Below are positions 56,095-64,000 of a DNA stretch of 64,000 nucleotides, piece by piece. Position numbers and translations under genes: made by a program. Within the stretch, counting starts at the first letter, position 1; each line of letters opens with the position of its first letter. Below the pieces are notes generated by a model, which worked only from the letters and a program-made list of their open reading frames with translations, ran no database searches and was not told the origin of the DNA. The DNA is from Bdellovibrionota bacterium (GTDB lineage: Bacteria > Bdellovibrionota_C > UBA2361 > OMII01). The stretch is taken from assembly GCA_044356215.1 (NCBI GenBank), contig JBIKWQ010000002.1, positions 25,824 through 89,823 on the forward strand, read 5' to 3'.

Positions 56095-57176
56095 TTGACC
56101 GATAGCGCCTGCGCGGTTAAATCGTTTGTCAGGCGACCATCTAAACATGTTAACGCCGCTTTCATCTCTTGTGACTCGCAAGCCTTCGCGGCCCCTTCAT
56201 TCGCGAGTTTAAGGATGTAAGGTAGAGTCGCTGACGCCAGAGCGATCGTTGATGTTCGCGGCGTTTGTGCAGGCATATTGCAGACCCCGTAGTGAATAAC
56301 GCCATCAACCTCATAGACCGGAGCATCCAGGTTAGTTGGGCGACTGGTCTCAGCGCATCCCCCCTGATCGATACTGATATCAATAAACACAGATCCTTTT
56401 GGCATCGAGCGGATCATCTCGCGTGTGATAACGCGCGGGGTCGCTGCGCCAGGAACAAGTACGGCGCCGATCAGTAGATCCGCTGAACGGCATGATTCTT
56501 TCAGGGACTCGTCTGAGGAGTGAATCGTGTTAATCTTGTCTCCGAACTCACTCTTTAGAGAAGCTAGCTTGCTCTGATTGATATCGAGCACCGACACCTT
56601 GGCCCCCATACCCGCCGCGGTGAAGCATGCGGCGTGTCCGGCGATCCCCGCTCCGATAATTACTACGTGAGCCGCTGGGGCACGACCCGCGCCACCTAAG
56701 AGAACACCGCGGCCGCCGTTTTGAGAGAGTAGGTAGTACGAACCATTTAGTATGGACAACTTTCCAGCGACCTCGCTCATCGGCTCGAGGAGTGGGAGTC
56801 GTCCGTCGCTTGTACGGAGAGTCTCGTAAGCGAATGCTGTTACCTTCGCCGCAAGAAGCGCCTTAGCTACCTCTGGTAAGCTGGCTAGGTGCAAATAATC
56901 AAAAAGAATGAGATCTGGCCTAAAGAACTGAAACTCACTTTGGTCCGGTTCCTTAACTTTTACTAACAACTCGGCCTTGGTCCAAACCTCCGCCAAAGTT
57001 GAAGCGATATGACACCCAGCGCTCTTGTAGTCATCATCAGAGAACGATGACCCGGCTCCCGCGCCTGATTCGATCAGAACCGTGTGGCCACTAGCGACTA
57101 GTTGCCTAGCCCCTTCTGGGGTGACCGCGACGCGCTTTTCCAGGGTCTTCCGCTCTCTTGGTATTCCGATACGCAT
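56091..57176 (-). CDS. ald: Alanine dehydrogenase
   Basis: MRIGIPRE, KVKEP, YLHLA, PMSEVAG, GAVLVPGA, IDQGGCAET, NMPA..PRTST. AAGGAG RBS. Confidence 0.95.
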   Translation of the reverse strand: MRIGIPRERKTLEKRVAVTPEGARQLVASGHTVLIESGAGAGSSFSDDDYKSAGCHIASTLAEVWTKAELLVKVKEPDQSEFQFFRPDLILFDYLHLASLPEVAKALLAAKVTAFAYETLRTSDGRLPLLEPMSEVAGKLSILNGSYYLLSQNGGRGVLLGGAGRAPAAHVVIIGAGIAGHAACFTAAGMGAKVSVLDINQSKLASLKSEFGDKINTIHSSDESLKESCRSADLLIGAVLVPGAATPRVITREMIRSMPKGSVFIDISIDQGGCAETSRPTNLDAPVYEVDGVIHYGVCNMPAQTPRTSTIALASATLPYILKLANEGAAKACESQEMKAALTCLDGRLTNDLTAQALSVK

Positions 57177-57389
57177 CAGGCTCTCCTTAAATTCTTTATA
57201 ACTACTCAGCAGGGTTTTTTGATCGTGGCCGTCACTAATATTACTGAATAGGCTGATTTCGCCAATCTTCTTTCTTGACACCCCCTGGTCGGGGGTGCCT
57301 TTTTCTGGTGAGTAGTCGCGATTTACTTAATCACCGGTATTTACTATAACATCCAGGTAATCCTAGCGCCTTAAAAAACACCGATTCGA

Positions 57390-57551
57390 TAGGGAGCCGC
57401 AGTGTTTTTGGTAAGCTGCTGGGATAATTGGTGAAACATTTTTACCACAGAGGACGCAGAGGACACAGAGAAAACCCATAATTGCCAATAAAATGGCCTA
57501 TTCTCTGTGTCCTCTGCGTCCTCTGTGGTGATAAAAAACTGCGACGACCTA
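57390..57551. mobile_element. MITE family A, copy 2 (162 bp, opposite orientation to copy 1)
   Basis: TIRs TAGGGAGCCGCAGT ... ACTGCGACGACCTA. Direct repeat CCGATTCGA at 57381-57389 and 57552-57560. 29-bp hairpin arms at 57444-57472 / 57501-57529. Confidence 0.9.
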
Positions 57552-57561
57552 CCGATTCGAT

Positions 57562-58479
57562 ATGGTTAACGATCCGAAAATTTTGGATGGTAAGAAGCTC
57601 TCGCAGGCCGTATCTCGTACCCTCTCAGAGGCGATATCCAACTTCACACCGAAGATAGGGCGCGGACCAGGTCTTGCGGTTATTTTAGTAGGCGCAGACC
57701 CAGCCTCAAAAACCTATGTGGCTTCAAAGCATCGCTTCGCCAAAGAGTGCGGGATTCGCACTTTTGATTCCACGTTGCCTGCGGATATCTCCGAGGCAGA
57801 GCTCGCCAATGTTATTCATGGATACAATCAGCAGGAGGATGTAGACGGTATTCTGTTACAGCTTCCGCTGCCTAAGCCGCTCGATGGGGCGCATTTTACC
57901 CGTATGATCGCCCCAGAAAAGGATGCTGATGGGCTGCATCCGTTGAACCAAGGTTTGTTGCTTCAGGGATTGCCAGCTCCGAGAGCATGCACGCCACTTG
58001 GGGCGATGACGATGATCGATCTAGCTCTCTCAGGAGTTGAGTTAAGTGATTCAACAACGCTACGTGATATCCCTAAAGCCTCACTCGCTGGCAAGAGAGC
58101 TGTGGTGATTGGAAGATCTCAATTAGTCGGTAAGCCGGTAGGTGTCTTGTTACTTGAGCGTAATGCCACCGTAACTTTCGCCCATTCAAAGACGAGCGAT
58201 ATCGCCGCCGTGTGCAGAGAAGCTGATATAGTAGTTGCCGCTGTTGGTGTTCCTGAGCTGGTAAAAGACGATTGGGTCCGACCAGGCGCGATAGTAATAG
58301 ATGTTGGAATTAATCGTTTAGCTAATAAGCGCCTCGTTGGAGATGTCGCCTATCAAGAGGTCGCCCCTAAAGCCGCGGCTATCACCCCAGTTCCGGGTGG
58401 TGTCGGTCCGATGACGGTGGCGATGTTAATGTCAAATACAGTCACTAACTGGCTAAGAAGGAGTGGCGAGAAGGCCTGA
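57562..58479 (+). CDS. folD: Methylenetetrahydrofolate dehydrogenase/cyclohydrolase
   Basis: GLAVILVG.DPAS..YV..K, GILLQLPLP, KDADG, CTP, GRSQLVGKP, TPVPGGVGPMTV. Confidence 0.97.
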   Translation: MVNDPKILDGKKLSQAVSRTLSEAISNFTPKIGRGPGLAVILVGADPASKTYVASKHRFAKECGIRTFDSTLPADISEAELANVIHGYNQQEDVDGILLQLPLPKPLDGAHFTRMIAPEKDADGLHPLNQGLLLQGLPAPRACTPLGAMTMIDLALSGVELSDSTTLRDIPKASLAGKRAVVIGRSQLVGKPVGVLLLERNATVTFAHSKTSDIAAVCREADIVVAAVGVPELVKDDWVRPGAIVIDVGINRLANKRLVGDVAYQEVAPKAAAITPVPGGVGPMTVAMLMSNTVTNWLRRSGEKA

Positions 58480-58484
58480 AGTTT

Positions 58485-59576
58485 ATGAAGCGAACACCCC
58501 TATACCAAGAGCACCTCCGTTTAAATGGCAAGATGGTTGAATTCGCCGGTTGGGAGATGCCGGTGCAATACAGCGGAGTAGTAGCTGAGCACGTCGCGGT
58601 GCGTGAGAGGGTGGGACTCTTCGATGTTAGCCACATGGGGGAGATCTGGGTCACTGGGGCAGATGCTGAGAAAGCCCTTGAGCAGCTAACCTGCAACCGG
58701 GTCTCAGCGTTGTATGATGGGAAGGCACAGTACAGTGCGTTACTAAATGACCAAGGTGGAGTGATCGATGATATTATCGTTTATCGCTTTTCGAGTGATC
58801 GTTATCTGCTTTGCGTGAATGCATCTAACGCTGACCGGGATTTTGAGTGGCTCGTTTCTCGCAATACTACCGAGGCTGTGATTACTAATGTCAGCGCGGA
58901 GTACGGCCAGATTGCTGTGCAGGGACCGAAGGCGATTGAGCTCTTAGCACCATTGGTCATGAGCTGCGATCTGACACAGGTGAAGAGCTTTCACTTTGTT
59001 GAGGCGGAGCTTTTAAACACCAAGGTAATCATCGCGCGTACAGGTTATACCGGAGAGGATGGAGTTGAGATCTTCGTCAAAGCCGAGAAGGTAGCGGATC
59101 TCTGGCGGCTGCTTCTTGAGCACGGAGAAAGTTATGGGGTAATCCCTTGTGGTCTTGGAGCTCGTGATTCGCTCCGTCTCGAGGCGGCGCTGCCATTACA
59201 TGGACACGAGCTTGCTCCAGATGTTTCTGCTCTTGAGAGTGGTCTTGGATGGATCGTGAAATTTGATAAGGGTGATTTTATCGGTAGAGACGCGCTTATT
59301 AAGGAGCGCGACGCTGGTCTAAAAAGGAAGCTCGTTGGCTTTTTTCTTGCAGAGGCTGGGATCGCTAGGCAGGGTGATTTGGTGGCGGCTGAAAACGGAG
59401 CTCAGATCGGCGTGGTTACTAGCGGTACAAAGACCCCTACGGTGCAAAAGTCGCTTGGATTGGCATTGGTAGACAGTCGGTACACGGGTGCCGATACGAA
59501 GATATCTTGTGTAGTGCGGGGTAGGGCGATAGCGGCGCATGTTGTTTCGCTGCCGTTTTATCGCAGACCCAGATAG
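58485..59576 (+). CDS. gcvT: Glycine cleavage aminomethyltransferase T
   Basis: FAGWEMPVQY, FDVSHMG, RTGYTGEDG, GLGARDSLRLEA. Confidence 0.97.
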   Translation: MKRTPLYQEHLRLNGKMVEFAGWEMPVQYSGVVAEHVAVRERVGLFDVSHMGEIWVTGADAEKALEQLTCNRVSALYDGKAQYSALLNDQGGVIDDIIVYRFSSDRYLLCVNASNADRDFEWLVSRNTTEAVITNVSAEYGQIAVQGPKAIELLAPLVMSCDLTQVKSFHFVEAELLNTKVIIARTGYTGEDGVEIFVKAEKVADLWRLLLEHGESYGVIPCGLGARDSLRLEAALPLHGHELAPDVSALESGLGWIVKFDKGDFIGRDALIKERDAGLKRKLVGFFLAEAGIARQGDLVAAENGAQIGVVTSGTKTPTVQKSLGLALVDSRYTGADTKISCVVRGRAIAAHVVSLPFYRRPR

Positions 59577-59626
59577 GTTTAAAAATCGTTAGGTTTAACA
59601 AACAGTATAGTAACAAGGAGATAGAA

Positions 59627-60007
59627 ATGGATTTTCCAGCAGAGTATAAATACACAAAGGAGCACGAGTGGGTTCGCATGGAGGGAGATGTAGCCGTGGT
59701 TGGGATTACTGAGTTCGCCCAATCCGAGCTAGGAGATCTCGTCTTCGTTGACCTTCCAAAGGTAGGCGCTGGCGTAAAAGCACACGGGACGATGTGTGTA
59801 GTAGAGTCAACAAAGGCCGCTTCTGATGTTTATTCACCACTTACAGGAACTGTAGCGGCGGTGAATGAGGGTCTTAACGGAGATCCAGGATTGATTAACA
59901 GAGACCCTTACAAAGAGGGTTGGATAGTCAGGATATCAGGGGTATCAGCTAGTGAGGTGGCAGGGCTTATGTCCGCCGCGGAGTATAAGCAGTTGCTTGG
60001 AAAGTAG
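59627..60007 (+). CDS. gcvH: Glycine cleavage H protein
   Basis: YTKEHEW, GITEFAQ..LGD, VESTKAASD lipoyl-Lys motif. Confidence 0.97.
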   Translation: MDFPAEYKYTKEHEWVRMEGDVAVVGITEFAQSELGDLVFVDLPKVGAGVKAHGTMCVVESTKAASDVYSPLTGTVAAVNEGLNGDPGLINRDPYKEGWIVRISGVSASEVAGLMSAAEYKQLLGK

Positions 60008-60022
60008 GGGGTCTTAATCGCG

Positions 60023-62938
60023 ATGAACGTAGCCGAGAAGGTAAATCAAGAGGGAACAGAGATGAATGCGCGGAGTGGTTTTGGAGTTTCAAGGTTCGCT
60101 GAGCGTCACATAGGTCCTCGTCAATCCGACGTTGACCAGATGGTTTCTTATCTCGGCAAGCGTTCGCTCGCGGAGGTAATCGATGCCGTAATCCCTCCAG
60201 CGGTAAGAAGCGCAAAGCCTCTTAGGTTATCAGCGTTCCCACGCGCGCTCTCTGAGCACGAGGCTCTTTTACGAATCAAGGCGATGGCGGCAAAGAATGT
60301 GGTGGCGCGCTCGTTTATCGGTATGGGGTATTATGACTGCGTAACTCCTCCGGTGATTCTGCGTAATATCCTTGAGAATCCTGGCTGGTATACTCAATAC
60401 ACTCCGTACCAAGCCGAAATAGCGCAAGGTCGTCTAGAGGCGTTGTTGAATTATCAAACATTAGTCGCTGACCTAACTGGGCTACCGATCGCTAACGCGT
60501 CGCTACTTGATGAGGGAACCGCGGCGGCAGAGGCGATGGCGATGTCTTTGACGGTCTCCGCTAAAGCAGGAGCAAACGAAAGCGCGCGTGAGTTCGTTGT
60601 TGTTGACACCACTCATCCGCAAACGATCGGTGTTGTTCGCACTCGCGCGGAGGCCTTAGGGCTCTCTGTAAGGGTAGCTCCGCTAACTGCGTTAGAGTTC
60701 TCTGATAAGACCTTTGGTTGTCTCGTTCAGTACCCTGATACGAATGGAGCGATAGTTGATATCAAGCCTGTAATCGAGAAGGCGCAAGCCGCCGGAGCGA
60801 TCGTTACAGTAGCGAGTGATCTCTTAGCACTATGTGCTCTAGAGGCGCCTGGCGCGCTAGGAGCGGATATCGTAGTTGGATCAGCGCAGCGCTTCGGTGT
60901 TCCGTTTGGATACGGTGGCCCACACGCGGCATTCTTCGCCACTAAAGACGAGTATAAGCGCAGCATGCCTGGTCGTATCGTTGGAGTTTCAAAGGACTCA
61001 AGCGGCAAGCCAGCGCTCCGTTTGGCTCTGCAGACTCGTGAGCAACACATAAGAAGAGAGAAGGCTACAAGTAATATCTGTACCGCTCAGGTGCTCCTAG
61101 CGGTGATGGCGGGTATGTACGCTGTGTATCACGGTCCTAAGGGGCTTCAAGCGATCGCTTCACGCGTTCACAGTTTGGCGTCAGCTTTCGCTCGTTTAGT
61201 AACAAAGAGCGGCGCGAAGGTTGTTAACACCGAGTTCTTTGATACTATTACCCTTGATGTTGGCGCGAAGAACGCAGCTAAGGTCGCTGCGGCCGGTGAG
61301 AGCGCGAGTGTGCTTGTGCGAGTAGTATCTGACTCGCGAGTTGGAGTTAGCTTCGATGAGGCTAAGGGGATAGATGATCTCGTGGCGCTTCTTGAGGTAT
61401 TTGGAGTGCAAGCCAGCGCGTCGGATGTAGAGGCCGCGGTAGCGTCAGCAGAGGTAGTAATCCCACAAGCTAGGCGCAGAAACGGAGAGATTTTAAGACA
61501 CAAGGTATTTAACTCGTATCACTCAGAGACTGAGTTCCTCCGTTATGTCAGAAAGCTTGAGGCGCGAGATCTCTCGCTTGGATTCTCTATGATTCCGTTA
61601 GGTTCGTGCACGATGAAGCTTAACGCCACCAGTGAGATGATCCCGGTGACGTGGAGTGAGTTCGGTGGGATCCATCCTTTCGCTCCAAAGAGTCACACTG
61701 CTGGATATCAGGAGCTCTTTAGTGAGTTAGAGAGTTCTCTCTGTGAGATCACTGGATTTGATGGTTGCTCGTTGCAACCAAACGCTGGGTCGCAGGGAGA
61801 GTACGCTGGTCTCGTTGTAATTAAGGCGTATCACCAGAGTAGAAACGATCATCAGCGACGTATCTGCCTCATTCCTAAGTCAGCTCACGGAACAAATCCA
61901 GCGAGCGCCGTGATGGTCGGAATGGAGGTTGTGGTTGTCGCTTGTGATAAGTTTGGTAACGTAGACCTGGAGGATCTAGAGCGTAAGGCGAGCGAGCACA
62001 GCAAAGAGCTCGCTGCGTTGATGGTTACTTACCCATCAACTCACGGCGTGTTTGAGGAGGGGATCCGCAAGGCGTGTGAGATCGTTCACCGTCACGGTGG
62101 TCAGGTCTACATGGATGGCGCGAACCTAAACGCGTTAGTAGGGGTAGTTCGTCCAGCGGAGTTTGGGGCCGATGTTTGCCACATCAATCTCCACAAGACA
62201 TTCTGCATTCCTCACGGTGGCGGTGGACCAGGAATGGGACCGATCTGCTGCGGAAAGCACTTGGCGCCGTTTTTACCAAATCATCCTGTAGTTGATATCG
62301 GGCACGCTAGCGGAGTTGGCCCGATCTCAGCGGCTCCATGGGGTTCGGCGAGCATCTTGCCGATCTCGTGGATGTATATGGCGATGATGGCGGGAGAGGG
62401 GCTGACATACGCGACAGAGGTAGCGATCCTCTCAGCTAACTATGTGTCCAAGCGTCTTGAGAACGATTATCCGACATTCTACCGCGGCTCTAATGGGCTC
62501 GTAGCGCATGAGTGTATCTTAAACCTTCAACACCTTAAGACAGAGGCCGGAATTGAGGTTGAGGATGTCGCTAAGCGATTGATGGATTATGGCTTCCACG
62601 CCCCGACTGTTTCGTGGCCGGTAGCTGGTACCTTGATGGTGGAGCCAACTGAGAGCGAATCGAAAGAGGAGCTCGATCGTTTCTGCGATGCGATGGCGAT
62701 GATCCGTCAAGAGGTGAGGGATATCGCGGCCGGTAAAGCCGACCGCGCTAACAATCCACTAAAGCAGTCACCTCATACCGCGCATGTTGTCACAGCGGAT
62801 AGCTGGGATAGGCCGTACTCACGAGAGACAGCGGCGTTTCCAGCTCCGTGGACGAAGGAGAGCAAGTTCTGGCCAGCAGTCGGTCGTATCGACGGCGTGT
62901 ATGGTGACAGGAATCTTTTCTGTTCGTGTGAGTCGTAG
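60023..62938 (+). CDS. gcvP: Glycine dehydrogenase (decarboxylating), single-chain P protein
   Basis: [54 protein letters not shown]. Start may be 60062. Confidence 0.98.
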   Translation: MNVAEKVNQEGTEMNARSGFGVSRFAERHIGPRQSDVDQMVSYLGKRSLAEVIDAVIPPAVRSAKPLRLSAFPRALSEHEALLRIKAMAAKNVVARSFIGMGYYDCVTPPVILRNILENPGWYTQYTPYQAEIAQGRLEALLNYQTLVADLTGLPIANASLLDEGTAAAEAMAMSLTVSAKAGANESAREFVVVDTTHPQTIGVVRTRAEALGLSVRVAPLTALEFSDKTFGCLVQYPDTNGAIVDIKPVIEKAQAAGAIVTVASDLLALCALEAPGALGADIVVGSAQRFGVPFGYGGPHAAFFATKDEYKRSMPGRIVGVSKDSSGKPALRLALQTREQHIRREKATSNICTAQVLLAVMAGMYAVYHGPKGLQAIASRVHSLASAFARLVTKSGAKVVNTEFFDTITLDVGAKNAAKVAAAGESASVLVRVVSDSRVGVSFDEAKGIDDLVALLEVFGVQASASDVEAAVASAEVVIPQARRRNGEILRHKVFNSYHSETEFLRYVRKLEARDLSLGFSMIPLGSCTMKLNATSEMIPVTWSEFGGIHPFAPKSHTAGYQELFSELESSLCEITGFDGCSLQPNAGSQGEYAGLVVIKAYHQSRNDHQRRICLIPKSAHGTNPASAVMVGMEVVVVACDKFGNVDLEDLERKASEHSKELAALMVTYPSTHGVFEEGIRKACEIVHRHGGQVYMDGANLNALVGVVRPAEFGADVCHINLHKTFCIPHGGGGPGMGPICCGKHLAPFLPNHPVVDIGHASGVGPISAAPWGSASILPISWMYMAMMAGEGLTYATEVAILSANYVSKRLENDYPTFYRGSNGLVAHECILNLQHLKTEAGIEVEDVAKRLMDYGFHAPTVSWPVAGTLMVEPTESESKEELDRFCDAMAMIRQEVRDIAAGKADRANNPLKQSPHTAHVVTADSWDRPYSRETAAFPAPWTKESKFWPAVGRIDGVYGDRNLFCSCES

Positions 62939-62948
62939 GGAGATAGGG

Positions 62949-63073
62949 CAAAACTTCGCTGACGCGATGTTTTGTTAGAAACGGCGCGTTCGCGCCGTTT
63001 AGGTAGATGCTGCACTTACCAGAAGCTGAAAGAGCTTATACGTAGTAAAACTCGCGTTAGCGAGTTTTACTAC
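62949..63073. repeat. Short multi-hairpin repeat (family C, copy 2) plus a GTAG-bounded perfect palindrome
   Basis: 62949-63000 is homologous to 8917-8965. GTAGTAAAACTCGC-GTTA-GCGAGTTTTACTAC is a perfect 14-bp stem at 63042-63073. Confidence 0.7.
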
Positions 63074-63079
63074 ATTCTC

Positions 63080-63523
63080 CTACCCCACCAACTCCACCCG
63101 AACATCCTCCACCTCGCTGGCGCCGCGGATGGCGTCGAACTCGATCTCGATGACTAGCCTTGGGTCGACTAGCTTTGCCACCTGCACGATACTCGATGCG
63201 GGGCGTACCAGTCCAAACACCTCTTGGTGCGCTCTGGCGTAGTCATCCCACTCAACTATGTTGGTGACAAAGAGTCTGGTGCGTACCACGTCAGCGATGC
63301 TAAAGCCGCGCTGCGTTAGGAGGTTGCGCACGGCCGTAAAGATCTCTTTAGTCTGTTTGTAGGCGTTACCAGGGTGTGCGACATCGCCCTGAGGCGACAT
63401 AGCCGTTGTTCCTGAGATAAACAGGTGATTCCCAATTTGAACGGCGCGGGAGAACCCACGAAGTGGCTCAAAAGGGGAGCCTGAGGCGATATTTGTACGG
63501 ATCAGTTCGTTACTCACGGGCAA
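63080..63523 (-). CDS. RidA/YjgF/UK114-family protein
   Basis: GFSRAV, ISGTTA, DVVRTRLFVT, RPASS, IEIE. Confidence 0.9.
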   Translation of the reverse strand: MPVSNELIRTNIASGSPFEPLRGFSRAVQIGNHLFISGTTAMSPQGDVAHPGNAYKQTKEIFTAVRNLLTQRGFSIADVVRTRLFVTNIVEWDDYARAHQEVFGLVRPASSIVQVAKLVDPRLVIEIEFDAIRGASEVEDVRVELVG

Positions 63524-63776
63524 AACATTGGCACAGCAGGGGTTCCGCCGTAAAGGGGGAGTTTCGCTAATAAACTAAAATTGGAACTCGCAATCTGTAT
63601 CGGCTATTCGCGTTTTCAAGGGGGTGAATGACCACGATATTATGACACAAACGCCTGTTATTACACGTTCACGCGGCTGTTGCATGTAAAGCTTATTTAG
63701 GGATTGGCCATTGCCCACTCATTTCTACGAAGGACCTCTATATTTATGCTTACTGGGCGAAATAGACTTTTTCTGT

Positions 63777-63937
63777 TAGGGAGTAGAAGTGTTTTTGGTA
63801 AGCCACTGGGATAATTAGTGAAATTTTTTACCACAGAGGACGCAGAGGACACAGAGAAAACCCCATAATTGCCAATAAAATGGCCGTTCTCTGTGTCCTC
63901 TGCGTCCTCTGTGGTGATAAAGAACTGCGATGCCCTA
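63777..63937. mobile_element. MITE family A, copy 3 (161 bp, degenerate left TIR, no target duplication seen)
   Basis: Colinear with 57390-57551. Hairpin arms at 63830-63858 / 63887-63915. Right end ACTGCGATGCCCTA. Confidence 0.85.
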
Positions 63938-64000
63938 AAAAGTTAGCCGGAGGGTTTAGTAGGGGCTGAGGGGGTGGTAGAATTGGGGGATGACTAGCCT

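Noticed and set aside
57279..57304. Hairpin CACCCCC-TGGTC-GGGGGTG plus T-run as a terminator
   Set aside because: It lies between divergent genes with no upstream gene on that strand to terminate. Function cannot be assigned.
57180..58484. Glycine or THF riboswitch upstream of folD/gcvT
   Set aside because: No recognisable aptamer motifs. The folD-gcvT gap is only 5 bp and the folD leader is occupied by the MITE.
1215..63015. Numerous short antisense or overlapping ORFs in the six-frame track
   Set aside because: They are shadows of well-supported genes and carry no recognisable motifs.

Overview
Chromosomal window from a Gram-negative bacterium. The gene set looks delta-proteobacterial or Bdellovibrionota-like, but this is inference only. 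Most of it is housekeeping: a sulfatase/FGE/patatin cluster, orphan flgE and fliH-fliI, pfkA, murJ, bioA, gpmI, minCDE, pgpA, pyrF, an RNB nuclease, an ECF sigma operon, polA, rplU-rpmA-obgE, ald with glycan-modification genes, folD-gcvTHP and ridA. Accessory content is two toxin-antitoxin pairs (HEPN-MNT and Phd-VapC), a RAYT/Y1 HUH transposase flanked by GTAG palindromes, and a 1541-aa modular secreted protein. The main candidates for novelty are two adjacent unusual genes at 47.9-53.7 kb. One is an adenosine-deaminase-family enzyme fused to a C-terminal SLOG-like domain. The other is an 1140-aa protein with a complete sigma70-like core, an N-terminal methyltransferase-like region and a duplicated sigma4/alpha-CTD-like tail. 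Reading the DNA also shows unannotated non-coding repeat families: a ~162-bp MITE (3 copies, two with 9-bp target duplications, each with a perfect 29-bp internal hairpin), a ~190-bp TTAA-bounded palindromic element (2 copies with compensatory changes, one rewriting the murJ C-terminus), and short REP-like double hairpins. No rRNA, tRNA or CRISPR array was recognised. All domain calls are by-eye motif recognition, with no database searches run.
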